NCBI GenBank assembly: GCA_050084515.1
Contig: CM114271.1
Location: 25,730,001-25,794,000, forward strand
Direction: 5' to 3'
DNA length: 64,000 nucleotides
From: Blasia pusilla
Lineage: Eukaryota
The translations under genes and the position numbers were made by a program. The notes beneath the pieces were generated by a model, which saw only the letters and a list, made by a program, of their open reading frames with translations, made no database searches and was not told the origin of the DNA. Positions 24,072 to 39,400 of this stretch are shown one piece after another; position 1 is the first letter of the stretch; each line of letters begins with the position of its first letter.

Positions 24072-25270
24072 TTTGGTAGACGAACGTCTGCGCAGAGCAT
24101 GAATGAATTCGACCAGATTAGTTCTTTCAAGGTAACAGAGAAATACACAAGATGGTGCACAAAGAGACGCGCGCTACACACCATCGATAGACTATCGCGA
24201 CGCTAACAGTGAGACACGTGAAAATGGCTTACATTCGATCTAAAAACTATTTATTAGATCGGCGATACAGCGAACCGACTGTTCTTGCACGAGATCTGAG
24301 CTAGGAAGTGACGCCGTCGAGGAAGGGGAAACGATCCGCCGACTGGATGTAAGCAACAAACCAATGCCGACGAACCCAGGGTAGGACCGAGATTCAAATA
24401 GGATGTAGTTTCTGCCAGCCCTAGGCTGCGCGCGCGGAGGCAGAGCGGAGAGTGGAGCAAAATCTACCTAGTCATCCAGGTTCGCTAACGCAAATACTAT
24501 CATAAAAATCGACACTACCACCGAACGACGCTCGTGTCAACTCGAGATCTACCCGAAATCAATCGCACCGCCCCCTCGAGGCAAGATTGATCGGTGGCAA
24601 ATACCAACGACGACGTACGCGTCGCAGCGAGCACCAAATCAAACGGCAGAAATGACATCTTCCGCATTAAGACCACAACAAGAGCCCACCACAATGCACG
24701 GACGCCAACCATACCTAAAACCTTGAGAAGACAACCGATCTGCAAGTCGCTCGCTGCAGCGATCGAGCGAGCGAGAGAGGAGAGGAGAAACGATAGGATG
24801 TGCCAGAGTCGGAGAAACTCGTGATAAAAGGGCCAACCCGGGAGGATCGCCGGATGGCCGATGAACATGACAGTCTGCCCACCCGAGTACTGTACTATCG
24901 CTACCGTAGCTTCTGGGAGTGCCAGATAGGGCCAGTTAATAAAAGGTTCTCATGGAAACCCTATTAAACTAGTGGACAGGCCTGTCGTGGCTCCCTACGG
25001 CCGTCCCCGAAGCGCTGAATGGCTGCGATCTCTCCTCCATCCTGGGATCTACGTCTTCCTGCTGCGCAGTAAGAATCCTCACCGCACTACCGTACGGTGC
25101 CCCGTCTGTGACGAGTTGGTTCTCAGTACTCGCCCCACATGGAAGTCCGACTTTTAGCGGCTCCTTTAGCCGGCCTCCACTCTCCAGTGCCATCACGAGG
25201 GGAGGAAAAGCACTCATGCCCTCATAGAGACTTGCTACAATGATTCGTCAGCTATTTCGAGCAATGTGCG

Positions 25271-25510
25271 GGGAGAAGCGGGGTTACGTGTTGAGCTGGC
25301 CGGAAGAATCTGAGAATTTCCGATTCAGGTCGTCACTTACCGGCCAAAAACCGAAGGTTTAGGGAGGGTGTCCTTTGTATTCGTACCTGTATAGCCGACT
25401 GGAATGAAGAAAACTTCGAAAATTGCCGCTCGGGTTTGTAGAGATCGGAAATCTACCGGTTGTAACGAAAAAACTCCCCGGACCCTGATTTCGAGTCTGC
25501 AGTGCTCCGT
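25271..25510 (+). repeat. Third copy of the 18347-18600 dispersed repeat, upstream of METE
   Basis: gggagaagcggggttacgtgttgagctggccgg...gaatttccgattca...acggccaaaaaccg. Confidence 0.7.
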
Positions 25511-27677
25511 CAGGCGGCCTTCAGTACATCCATCCTCTGGGGACGAAGGCCTTCGGAAGAAAAGCGAAGGGTTTACACGGACTCCAAAAAAGAAATTGCA
25601 ATCCATTATGCGGTGCTCATTTATTAGACCTACTCACAAGGGATGGAGGTTTGCAAGTTTCCAATTGGTTGTTACGGGGCTCTTTGTTTTCCTCTCTCCC
25701 TCATGCATGTGGAGACCTCCGACTTGATTGACTTACGAGTTTATTGATTCTTGGGAGTCTTCTTTTCATATTCTTCATGAATCCTCTCCTCCACTTTTAT
25801 TTGAGTTTTCTTTTGCTTCGTTGCCTTAAGGGAGTCACTTTAAGGGAAAAGGATGTCATGTATTGTCATGGGAAATGGACGTTTTCATGTGGTTAGTAGT
25901 CGTCTTACAAAGCACTAGTTTGCGGAATGCACGTGGAAAACAATCCAATGACTAAAAGAAAAAGGTAACAAAATTAAGATTTTTTTAGAGAAAAAACGTC
26001 TTATACGCGTGCTACTTTTTCCATCTCTCACGGTGACCTCATTAATCATCCACTGGGATCATGGTCATCATACTCCGTGCTCTTGCATTGCAGCGCTGAG
26101 TAGGATCAGTTACTTATGTTAACCTTCTACTTATTTTTACGTTCCACGAGCTAGTTGTTATTACGCTCCTGCCTAAATAAAATATTAATAAGTTTTAACT
26201 CTTTGCAACATTAGATAGTACGCCACGAAAATGATTTTTAATAAATTATAAATATTTTTATTTCAATGATTTTTTATTTTTATTTTTTTAAAATCACTTT
26301 TAAAATAATATTCAATTCCCCTAAATATTTTTACTCTTCGGTAAAAGTTTGAAAAATATCTATTCTTTCACTTTTCCCCACCAAAATAACACTAATAAAT
26401 TCTTGGTTAATTTAATCAATGAAATCATTTCCCTTTTCCATTAAAATTAATTCCCATCTCTCAAAATATCACATGTATAAAATTTAAATAAAATATTCTC
26501 TTTCACCATTAAAATGCATTTTCTCTTCCCATCAAATACGAATTAAGGAAAACTCATTTTTTAAAATATTTTTTCTAATTTTCCACATTATTCTCAACTT
26601 ATGATCACCCATTATAATAAAAAACTATTAATTAGTAATTAATATATATATATTTTTTCTCTTTCACTCAAATTTCTTCTACTTACAATTCATTCTCTCC
26701 AAAAGCTATCCATCTAATGTGATAATGTGCTACCCATCTAATGTACTAAAATTCAAATATGTCTTTTGTCAAGTTAACCTACAACTTTGTCTTATGATAC
26801 TTGTAGGGTTTTCCATTAGAGTATAGATTGGAGATGTTTGTCAAATCACTCTCTAATAATACTTTCAATCTACACAACATGTTTACCCAAGTTCTTGAGT
26901 TGTCATGGATAAATATCACTTATCCTAAGTTTTAAAAGTTTTCTTATTTTAAGAAAATTTTGAATTTATGATATCTTACTTTGATGAGAGTTATATATGT
27001 GCTCAAAGAAAAAGTGTCCAAATTTGAAAAATAAAATTATATATATTAATTATATGGTACGTATTCATTTTGATATTTCAAATTTCACACAAAGTTTATT
27101 TCTAAACGGTGGGTAATGATGTGGATGATGATGACAAATAAGTCCTTTTAATGAAATCCAACCCAAATAGTCCACCTTATTCACCATAGCCACTTAATTA
27201 ATCCCAACATATAGTGCCAATCATAGTCTCCTAGTCCCATTCCTTTTAGTCTCATGAGAACTCTTTTTACTCTATACAATGCATAGTAAAGGTAAACCAA
27301 TATGAAACTCCTTATACAAATTATATGTGTCTTCTCAAAATTAATCTCATAATTTGTGATTCATATTTTCAAAATAATCCCATCTTATTTTTATATTTAA
27401 ATTCAAAAATTTGTTCAAGGTTTTTTCCTTTAAAAATATAATTTTAAATATTATATTCCAATTTTAATTTAATCATATTATTTTATTTTCTTATTTTTCC
27501 TGCACTATATGGGCCATTGGGTGTAAAATGCTCCTTGACCATTTTTTGGTTTTTTTTTCAGATATCTAAATTCATGTCAGGTTGATTTCTACAAATTTTC
27601 TTACTCCTATGAATCATATAAAATTTCCTTTCTTTTCTTCTTCTATTTCTTATCTAGAAAATAATGTAAACAAATTT

Positions 27678-27705
27678 TTGTGCATAACACAAGACATTCT
27701 ACTAG
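27678..27705 (+). mobile_element. Possible 3' end of an AT-rich non-autonomous Helitron (about 26150-27705)
   Basis: Imperfect hairpin ttgtgcataacacaa followed by ctag|t. Confidence 0.45.
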
Positions 27706-30299
27706 TTTTCTTTATTGAGAAAAGATGTTGGAGAAAAAAAAATTCATAAAAGTGATTATCATTTATGAATATTGAATGAACTTTTGCCAAAGTCATCCCA
27801 ACAAATATGGCATAAGGAACAAATTCAATGGTCTATGTGAGTGGAAACCATGTAGGGAATAGTTGGAAAAAAAATAGTCAGTGGGAGTAGAAATAAGAGA
27901 GATAAGTGGAAGGCAATATGTGAATGAATTGAGGAAGAAAATGTGTAAATGGGTAGATGAAAAAGGGAGGGGATAATAAATTTGTGGAGGATACGTGAAA
28001 GGAAGAATACATAAAAGAAGAATGTGGGAGGGGAGCACAACCAACAAAGGTTATGGAGAATGGACGAAGAAAGAAGAAAAGAAGAAAAAATATACATTGA
28101 AGAGTTTCCCTATCGAAAATTGTGACTAGTTTGACAGTATGTCATTGGAAGGCAACTAGTACCAATCAAGATATTTGTTCATGACTTTCCACAACATGTC
28201 TATGTTTTATGTTTTCTTGTGTTGTAAATGATTTGTTGAGAGTTCAATAAATATAATCTAAGCTAGCCTTGCAAGGGATAGCTAGCAATCCTCGTTAGGC
28301 CACACAAATAGCTTTTTTCAAACCGTCATTTTTCGTATACTTTCATTAAAAGTTTTGATAGTAGATTGGGAATCCCACCATGGTATTTTTCTAGGTACGC
28401 TATTTTGATTTATGACAAATTATTGTTAGTAATAGTTTTGATAGTTGCCATAGAACAACTTTGAATCATCCCACTTATTCCATATTATGTTGGATTCTCA
28501 ACATCCACTTTTGTTGAGCATCATTAATCTGGACAGTCCTCTTATATGAGGAGAAGCCTAGATTGATGGTCCTAGTTTCCCGAGTAGTCAAATACTTGGG
28601 GAGCTAGAACAATAGCACATTCTCAAACATCAACTTTTCTCCATGTTCAAGTTCCATTGAAGCTCTTTTATGAGTACACATACAGACTAGGCCACTTTGT
28701 GCCTTAAAAAATTGTTATAGATTTCAATAATCTATTCACATTCTATTTCCTCACTTTATATTCAAAATTCTTGTAACCAACTTACAATTTCCAATCCCAT
28801 GCACAAGTTAACATCATTACAAAGATACGCCTTGATTAACAAATTGGTTGATTAAAGGCTATGGGATAGTGGGTTGGATCAACGAGTCGAGGGATGAGTG
28901 AAAGAGGGAATAGCACATAATATTGAGGAATGGAGATAAGCGAGAGGGATATATGAAGGAAATTCACTAAAAGATTAAACAAGTCTGATAATTTGATTGT
29001 GGTGTTTCTTTGATCATTTCTTCTAAGATTTTTTAAAATTTCAACATCAACAAATATTCAAAGGAATTGATCTTTTCTCCACAGATCATAAATTATGAAG
29101 ATACTCATTTAAAGACTCTCTTTTATCGCATGCCCAGTGTATCTTCCATCTCCCTATCTTCATTTATAAGATGATCCATCTATGAACTTAAAAAAACATT
29201 TTACAATGGTTTGATATAAGTCAATAAGAGGAAGTATGAATAACCCAAAATAGCAAATCCCATTCATAAGAAAATAAATTAGAAAATAAATTACCAAAAT
29301 AATAACAATTTCCTATTTTAAAAGATAATGATCCATGTGTATTTTAAAATAAAAATCACCAATGGAGCAGAAAAAGATATTATTCATCGTAACGTAAAAA
29401 AACCCAAGAGATTAAAAAATCAAGAATTAAAGAAACATAAATATAAAACCTATTTAGTTTGTTTCAATATAAAACAAGTAAACATCTTGGAGATAGAAAG
29501 TCAAAGTATCGAGAAGACAAAATGCATTCTTAATGTGAAATAAGACATGAGGAATCATGCATAATCATTCATCAATGCACCAAACATGTCACATATAAAA
29601 TAGAAGATCCTCAAAAAGAATCTCCCTCGTGACACTAACAAGAATTTCATTTAATTTGTTAACATTTAATACATATTCCACACAATTTGGATCATAAGCC
29701 TATTCAATCCTTTTTAATTGGAATTAATTTACAACAACCACTCATAAAAAAATTTTTAACTATATGGTCTATGACCAAATATTTAAATTTTACACTAATA
29801 ATATTCGAATGACTTTAAGTGGACATCTCAAATGATAGAAGTAATATTAGAACCATTTGATCTCTATGATGGGCTTTTTTATCATATATTTATTCATAAA
29901 TCCAACCCGACATGCGAAGCACCTAACAAATATGTATGAAGGGATGAAATTGATACGAGGTGGTAGCCAAAAGTGAATGCATATATGATAAGATATAAGG
30001 CATATTTGGAGAGAACGAGAGAGTGTGTATACCCATTAAGCATTGTGTGTCGTAGCCTTCTAACCATAGATCTTGCGCCCTGGTTGGAATATGCTTAAGA
30101 TTGGGATGGGTGAAGTGAGAGGAAGAAGTGAATAAGGTACCATATGAGAGGAGGGAGATACTCTCATATAGTGTGGGTGCTGACCAAATAATGTGTTGGT
30201 GCGGAGCTTCCAAGTATCAACCAAGAAACTCTTTACCACACCATCTACTTCACGTAATTGGGATCCTCAATAGACATTACTTACTAGTACAATAGCTTT

Positions 30300-33200
30300 G
30301 GACAATGAATCAAGGCTACTGAATATGTTCAAAAATTGAGTGTGAGAGAGAGAGAGAGATCAAAGAGGCGCTCCTCCGAGATAGAGATGAAGAGAAGATC
30401 GAAGCTATTCAAGAGCAGATGAGAAAGCTCAAACAAGAAGATGAGACTTTACAACACTATACAAATCATTCATGAGTGTTGAGATATTAATCTCAATGTG
30501 GAGGATGAGAGGAGGATATTTTGCACTATTTTCTTTATGGATTATGACCCAAGTTATAGATATACCTTTAGGATTTGAAGTGCCACACCACAACTACCAA
30601 ATTTTAATAAGGCAAGTAAAATTGCACAAAGATAGGAATGAACATGGGTAGAAAAAAGAGGCTAAAGAATATCTCCTTAATAGAGCTAAGTGATCACTTG
30701 AGGGGCCAACACTATTGAATTTCAAGGTGGTCAGCACCCTAAAAAAAATCAATATCCCTTCCATCCAATAAGGATAAGGTTTTTTTCCTAGATTAACTGA
30801 GAAGTAGCAAACACAATTCTTGAAAGAAGAACTCTGAATGGAGAAATACCGAAGGAACGTATCCAAAGAGAAGATACCACATATTTCAGAGGTACATACG
30901 TTGGCTAACATAGTTATACCACTTGCAATATTACCGCTTATAGACATTTGCAAGGAAAAATTAACTCCTCGAAGATGCTAACTACATCATCTTAGATGTC
31001 TCAATAACATCAATAGATGCCAACACCACAACAATAGATGATGATACCTAAGCAACAACAAACACGTGGTACCCATGCAACATGCATCGATGACATTATC
31101 CTTGCAAAATTAACAAAAATGAAGAATATATGTAACCACTTTACCTGTTAATTTGATGACAGTGGAAAGAATTTGGCCTTTAAACACCTTTAAATTCTAG
31201 AGCACAAGATGTAGTACTAACAAATACAAAGACCCTCGATACATGGCAGAATATGAAGTTGTTCTAACCATATACATGTTGTCGAATGCCGATAGAGAGT
31301 ATATTGAGAGTCAAGAGAGCACTTGGACATATCAAAATACTTCTATTGCCAAAATTGAGGCTCTCTTTAAGAAGGGCAAGTCTATTTTTTAAACCATCTA
31401 ACTCTAAACCCTCAAAGAACTTTTTTGGAATTTTTTTTTAAACCACCAGGAAAAAGGAAGTTGGTCCATCAATTCACAAGTAGAAAATGCCTACCATTAT
31501 GGAAGAAGAGCAAAGGTACTTTCCCAAAAAATATGAATTGTTACAAGAAACCCAACTATTATTTGAGAATATTCTGTCTCCCAACTTCCAAGTATCTATA
31601 TATGATTTCTATATATTCAACAATCTTAAGGAGATCTTAGTCAAATGTACATTGGGAATGGAAGATCGGTTAATCTTTAATCTTTCCTCTACAGAAAACG
31701 TAGAAAATCTTGCTTTAATCGTGTAAATTTTTAGTTCCAATATCATATCAATAATTTTCTCGTTGATGTAGGCATAAGTTTTATTATTATGATACAACTT
31801 ACATACCAATCATTGGGTATTAAAGGTATGATACAAGCCCAATGTCTATTGAAAATAATGGATGGATATCGTGTCAAACTAGAGGGTACTATGTATCGTA
31901 TTAAGATGGTAATTAATGGCCATTCTTATCGTCAACCATTTTCTCTGATTAAGCTTCAAGCTCCAAAATATTAATCATCCACTTCTCTCATGATGGAGTT
32001 GGTTATCATCTACCAAAATTTGTATAGAATGGATCAATGCTACTCTCTATATCCCCAGTAGAGGAATCGAATTCTTCCACCAAGCATTCCAATCCTTGCT
32101 ATTGGAACAAATATTTCCCTTACATTGTCCATGAGGGAGAAGCAACACTTGGATAAACAATCATCGTATGTGTAATTAAAGATATCAAACTAGGGGAATA
32201 TGAGGTCATTGCATTGATGGTGGAGAAGATGAAGGGTTGGATTTTGAGATACTCAAGGAAGCTAAAAGAGTGTATGAGCTAGAGTACCTTGGCATAGAAA
32301 TTGATCTATTAGATGAACAAAGTGTAGATATCAACTCTAATCCTCTCATACCTCAACTTATTCAGGTTGGAGCTAATCTTTATAGTATAGATTCATAGAA
32401 GTACTAGCTTATCTTCAAATTTTCTAGGAATTCTGTTAATGTTTTGTTCAGAGCTATGAGGAAATGAAGATACGACCCTCATAGCCAAACGTGGGCCAAT
32501 GCAAAACATCATGATTTTAGTAGACTCCCACTAGGATGGATGTGGGTTGGAGAAGTCTCTTGAAGGAGACATGAGTTATGAGACGTAAGCAAGGTTGTGA
32601 GTTTCATGTATTAATGGTTGCAACTCGAAAAGCCTGGACCAACGTGAACCAAGACTTGAGAAGCGTTGATTCTAAGAAGAGTGGCTTGCCAAAAATAATG
32701 AGAATCAGAATTGGAACTTGGTTGGCGTTTGGGATTCCATCATGTGTCAGGTTATAACGGCCAGACCCAAGGTATGTTTGGGACAAGTAGGATCACGTCA
32801 AAAAGGTGAAGCAAAGTGGATTCCAACACATTAAAGATTCAAAAAAATGCATGAGTAAATATTGAGAAATTGCCCCAAATTTTTCCAAGGGACAATTGGG
32901 TTGAGGGCCAAAAGGAGCGCCCCGAGAGGACTTTTCAGAATGTGGGGGTAGGGTATACTGCCCCAAAAGTATACAAAAGGGGAAGAATATCCAAGGTTGA
33001 TTGGGACCTCCCATAAAGGGTCCAAGTACCTAAAACAACACTCGCACTCCTAGCGGCTCCAATTATACAATGGACCTGACATGTATCCCTAACTAAGATC
33101 CAAGAAATAAGTTACGGGTTGGAATCCACAGGTGACCTTCGAAATTCACTCCCTTGGACGCTCATGTAACCTTGGTGTTACATGAGCGAAATTCACTAGC

Positions 33201-34330
33201 TTAGAAGAAGAAAGTTCTTGGGGGAGTAAGTATGGGTTCTTGCCTATGTCTATGGATTATCTTGCATTGGATCACGTTAGTTTTAAGGATAATTTTCCCT
33301 TACATTTCAGCAAACTCATTCACGATCAAATGAGAGGATAACAAATTTACTTGTTTCTTTATATTGCTTCTTCTATGGAAGCCTCAACCAAGGACAATCT
33401 ATACAAGATTTATGAGTAACTATATGGAATTTCATAAATATGTACCTAAAATCTTGAAAACCATGCATTATTCAGAGAGAACATGAAGTAGCGGCATTAG
33501 AGATTCATAGAGACTATTGCACATGCACAAGTGGATTGTAACAAATCATTGCATCTCCATCAGGTTGTATCTATTGGATACACAAACCCATTTGAAACTT
33601 TCCTTTGTGGATTGGTTCTTGCAAATTCCCAACCATGCTAAGAGTCAAGGATTGCCATTACAATAAGAGGATAAGGAACCGACTAGGTTTATGCAGATTC
33701 CAATGGAAGGCATAAATCTCAGGTTTTATAGAATCCCAAGTTGGGATGGGTGGATTAGACCCCATCCGGATAATTTTTGGTATGGTTAGAGAGCCATTGG
33801 AGACCATTGAGAGCGTAGGTCACCCATGCCTATTTGATGGATTCCTTCCATTAACCTAGATTTGAACAAAGGGAAGTCTTCAAAGGCATAATGACAAATA
33901 ATAGGCAAAAAATTGGAAACTGAGTTGTCTTGCAAATACTTCCCACCTATTGATTTTTCTATGGTGAGAAATACATAACATAATGAGTATTGGATGCCAC
34001 CCATCAAAGAGTAGGCAGATAGTTACTTTTGTACTGGTCCTCCATAGGATGAAAGAGCGTTGCTCTCTTGGATGGCTTGTCATTTGATCCACAAGATTTG
34101 GGCTACCTCTGAAGGAGAAAGAATTAAGTTTTTGGCTCCAATAATCATGTATATGATATTTGTAGACTCAAGATGGTCACTATGGAGATAGAGTGCAATA
34201 GTAAGTAGTAAGGTTGCTAGATTTTGTCTATATATGGGTGTTTGACAATAGACTAATACCATATGTAAATAAGAGTGTGTGTTTATGTTAGACAAATAGA
34301 CTTTGGAGATACAACCATGTAACCACTAAC
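30300..34330 (+). mobile_element. Highly degraded Ty3/Gypsy (Tat/Athila-like) internal region
   Basis: Remnants: FLVDVG (protease, about 31755), SYEEMK (about 32450), KDNFPL (about 33285) and integrase-like fragments at about 33880-34170. Boundaries are uncertain. Confidence 0.5.
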
Positions 34331-36432
34331 GAGTTGTTTAAACACAACTTCCCTAGTCGGATGATGGACATGTTGGTATTCTTAGAGAGTAAGCAGAAGC
34401 GAGTAGTGGCGGGTTTCATGAGGGTTTAAGATCGGGTGGTGTTAGAGTTAAACTCTTTTGGTGGAGAGGAGAAGTAACACTAGATCCAAATGTTTCCAAA
34501 TCCCATGATGTCAAAGCCAAGTACTCTCTGATGGAGGGAAGAAGGGAGGCCGGATCTGATGGTTTCCAAATCCAACGGTGTTGGAAGTAGGCTATTGTCT
34601 GGTGGGAGGAGAAATGACATGGGATCCATTGGTTTTCAAATATAGTGGAAAAATTATCATGATAAAATTAGTGGAGGCTAGTCATAGGGCAAGTGGCAAG
34701 GCAACCGTAGAGGCAAGTGGAAGAGTGCAGTTAATGTGAGGATAAATGGTTAGATGTGGAGGAGAATTAGAGCATGGGGAGCATTTGATGAATACTTACA
34801 CACGGATGGAGTTAGTAAAAGGTATTTTTCAAGAGTCAATGCATATAAGATAGTATGTAAGGGATACTTGGAAAAAGAGGAGAGAGAGGATAGATGTGAG
34901 AGAACTTATTAAGTGTTTGATTAGTGACACTCGTAAGGAAAAGCTATAACTTGTGATGCTCACTAAGGTGGGAAACTATGGATTTGGATATTTCTTGAAA
35001 GGAGTTATATCATATGAAGAGTGGTCTTGTGTCTTAAATTTTCTTCTTAGTAAAATATAAATATCCACGGGAATAGGGCCTCCCAACTTGGAGACCTAAT
35101 AAGTGAGAATTTGAATGTTTGAATGATGGAATATGTTTGATTATGTAAAGGTCTATCGAGATTGTAGTGCAGGAATATTGTTATGCGCATACACATCACT
35201 ACACAACATACATCACTGTCTCTGAACATATACAGAAACACGCACGATCCCATGCTAACTCATGGAATCCAAACAATGAGACAAGAAGTACCAAAATATC
35301 TCCAATAACTCAATGAAATCTCACATCAACATCTCACACCAAGCTCTCCATATGTGCACTCTCTCTCATGTGAGACCAAACCCATTCTCCTATTGAGAGG
35401 CTTGGGTTACACACACAAGGCACAGAGGACCATATCTCCGCCGCCTCATGCCAAGAGGTTCAACAAAGAGACAATGAGCTCTCAAGCTCTCTCTCTTGGA
35501 GGTATATCCCCATCCCTCTCCCAAGCCCTCTCCACGGTAACCTATGCTCGTAGGTCACATCCTGGGCTCTTGACCTGATGTAGCGGGTCAAGGGACACTT
35601 CCAAAAGTGGAAAGTAATATATACCAAAAATATTAACTTACTCAAAATAGTAATTTTCTCAAAATGGCTCCAAATGATCCAAAAAAAGGGAAAACCTGCT
35701 CTAAGAGGTTACCCGTGGCCTAAGCAAGTCATCCTTGACCTCTTGAGGATGTCCTCCAGTATCTCCAAAGTCGCTCTACTTAATCTTGCCAATCTATCGT
35801 AAAAGATGTGATTCTTATTGTGCACATACACATCGCTACACAACATATATCGTTGTCATGAACATACACATCAACATGCACGATCCCATACTAACTCATG
35901 GCATCTAAACAACGAGACGAGAAGTACCAAAATATCTCCAATCGTCCCCCTAGCTAGTGGTTAGGTCCCTCTAACTCCAGATAGCCATCTATCCCTACCT
36001 ACCATGACATACATCTCTCAAACACTAAGAGAAAAAATGTTGGGTGCTCATATGGTCCCATCATTAGTCGCCTTTTTGTCATCCATGTCACAGACACAAG
36101 TCGGAATTTAGAACTACCTACTCTATATACATGTGAGACACATCCATCATCCTTAGGGAGAGATGACGTCAAACATGCCATATGCCATCCTCTCGAACAT
36201 CCACTACGGACTAGCATTGTGTTTGCACCACGGACAGAACCATACAACATACATCGCAAGCATGTAGAAACTACAGCTAAGCTCGGATCAACTATATTGT
36301 CAATTTTAGGAAGGTGACATGACGCACACTTACGCACTTGGTCCTTCCAAACCACACCATCGCATCCCTCCAATAAGAGAACACTAGATGGCAGAATCTC
36401 AGGCACTCTCAAGATGGTGCGGCCTGTAGTAA

Positions 36433-39400
36433 TGTAACTCTCTAGCTCACGGAACCACTCTAGAGTTGCTCAAAGGTAGAATGCCCTCAAGGCCTCTCCT
36501 CTTCCTTTATATACTTAGAGATAGGTACAATGAAGACAAATTAGCTCTACTTATCCTTATGCCACATGTCCTACTCTTATAGTAGGAGAGGATCTCCTTT
36601 GGAGTCTAATGTCCCAACCTCATCCTTATCTTCCTTTTCACCAACCAATGGCCCCACTCTCATCTTTATCTCTTATATCTTGTCTTTTCTCTTTTTGGTT
36701 GATTCTTTCCAGATTATGCGCTTCATGTCATAGATTCTAACTAAACTATGACTAACAAAGGATGGTTACAAACCTCCCCCCCCATTTAAGACACAACGTC
36801 CTCGTTATGAGAACTTTCAAACTCTTGCACTATTAATGGTGCGTTTGCCAAGTTGGCCGAGGATTCCCATGTGGCCTCAAATAGTGGATATCCTTTCCAT
36901 TGGACCAGATATTCAACTCGTTGGTGATGAGCTCCTCGAGTGTATTTCTTCAAGAAACGATCCACTTTAAAATCTTCATGATCTTCGACTATTTGAGGTA
37001 GTGGTGGAGTGACAATATTATCCTTAAATCTCTCAGGGCGTGGAATAAACTGTCGAAGAAGAGAGACATGAAACACAAGATGGATTTTCATATGCATCGG
37101 TAGGTCTAGCTTATACGCCACGACACTCACTTTTTGTAGGATAGTGAAAGGCCCAATATAGCGAGAATTAAGCTTACGAACTCCTACTAATGATAAATTG
37201 GTTGTTGCTAACCAAACCTTCTCCCCTTCAAAAAACTTGACATCTTGACGATGAGCATCTGCATGTTGTTTTTGTCGAATTCGGGCAATAGCCAACTTCT
37301 CCTTAGCAAGTTGAATCCCTTTCTGAATTTGGTCCACAAACTCATTAATTGCAGCTACCTTTGTAGTTTCCCTCATACTTTTTCCTATTCGAGTGAGACT
37401 AGAAGGAATTGAGGGATGCTCGCCATGCATTAAAAAGAACGGTGTGGTCTTAGTGGAAGAGTTCATGGAGTTATTGTATGAGAACTCTATTAAGGGTAAT
37501 AATGAGTCATATCCTTGTTGATCCTCCAGTGTTAAGGCGCGTAGCATATCCTTAATGGTATGGTTGGCCCTTTAAGTTTGTCCATCAATTTGAGGGTGAT
37601 AAGCCGTAGACATGACTAGTTTAGTTTGGAGAAATCCGAATAAAGCCTTCCAAAATAAACTTGTGAAATGGATTCCCCTATCAGTGACAAGCACTTTAGG
37701 AAGACCATGATGGACAAAGAATGTCTCAATGTAAATCCTATCCAACTCTGATGTAGTGACAATCTTCTTGGTCGGACGAAGGTGTATCATCTTGCTTAGT
37801 CTATCCACAAAGACCACAATAGAGTCATATCCCATGATTGTACATGGTAGCTCACAAACAAGATCCATAGTGACTTGTTCCCAACATTTTTGAGGTTTTG
37901 TGATCGGCTACAACAGTCCTGTTGGTTTTGTGTTACTAGCCTTGATTTGTTGACAAATCCTATAACCCCTTACATATACGTCAACATCTTCTCTCACTTT
38001 GGGCCAATACTATGCCCTTTGTAATCCCTTTAAGGTTTTTTCAGCTCCCATATGACCCGCAATGATTGTGTCGTGAGCTTCAGATAATACTTCAGTGCGT
38101 AATTGTGGATCTTGTGGGATCCATACTTTACCTTTATGGAAAATCAATCCTTGAGCCTTGTATACTCTATTGGCATGAATAGCAATTGCAATTTCTTCAT
38201 CCTCCTTTGTGGTTTTGGATAACTTTTTCCACCAACTAGAGTGAATCTTCACTTCAAATATATTATTCATCTATGATATACGAGTCAAGGCGTCTGCCAA
38301 CTGCTTCTTTCCTTCAATATAGACAATTTTCATCGCCATTATGTCCATCGAATTTGACGTTTGGAGAGGTCCTTTTGGGCCTCTAAGTAGACCAAGGGCT
38401 TGTAATCAGTCTCCACCACAAACTCCTTATCGCCCAAGTAATGTTTCCAATATTTGGTTGCCAAAACAATAGCAAGTTCTTCTTGCTCAGTTGTATGGTA
38501 GTTTTGCTCAGCTGGCAATAGTTTACGAGAAAAGAAGGCAATAGGATGCCATCCATCCTCCCATTCTTATTGTAGTACTCTTCCAATGCTAGTAACTAAA
38601 GCATATGTGGCCAATTTGATGGGTCGATTAGGATCATACCACTTCAAAATAGGGGCTTTGATCAAGGCATCCTTTAATGATTGAAAATAAATCTCTTGTG
38701 ATGTGCACCAATTCCAATTTTGTCCTTTCCCTAGTAAAACTCTTAAGGATTGTGCAATTTGAGCAAAACCTTTGACAAATCTTTGATAGAATCCTATTAA
38801 CCCTATAAAATTGAAGATTGAGTTTGATCTTTAAATGTACTCCATTTTTTTATTGCTTCTACCTTCTCACTCATCACTTGAATATCTTCTGCGCTTACTC
38901 GATGCCCTAGATAATCAACTTCTGTCTTACCGAACTCACATTTTGAAGCTTTAGCATACAACTCATTATCTCTTAGGATTTGAAAGACTTCTCGTAGATG
39001 ATTTATATGCTCCTCTATCATTTTACTATAGACTAAGATGTCATCTAAGAATACAATGACAGACTTGTCTAAATATGGACGAAAGATATCATTCATTAGG
39101 CCCATAAAGGTTGCAGGTGCATTAGTAAGACCAAATGGCATGACTAAGTATTAAAATTATCCATACCTCGAACAAAACACACCACCATGTAAGGCTCTTT
39201 ACCGCTTAGCTCCAAGAGAATTAGAAGAATGCAAAGCCCAAGTGCAGGAGATGTTGCAGAAAGGATTCATCCAACTAAGCGTCTCGCCATATGGAGCCCC
39301 TGTCCTTTTTGTGAAAAAGAAGGATGGAAGCATGCGACTGTGTATCGACTATCGAGCACTAAATCAACAAACAATAAAAAACAAGTATCCATTATCAAGA

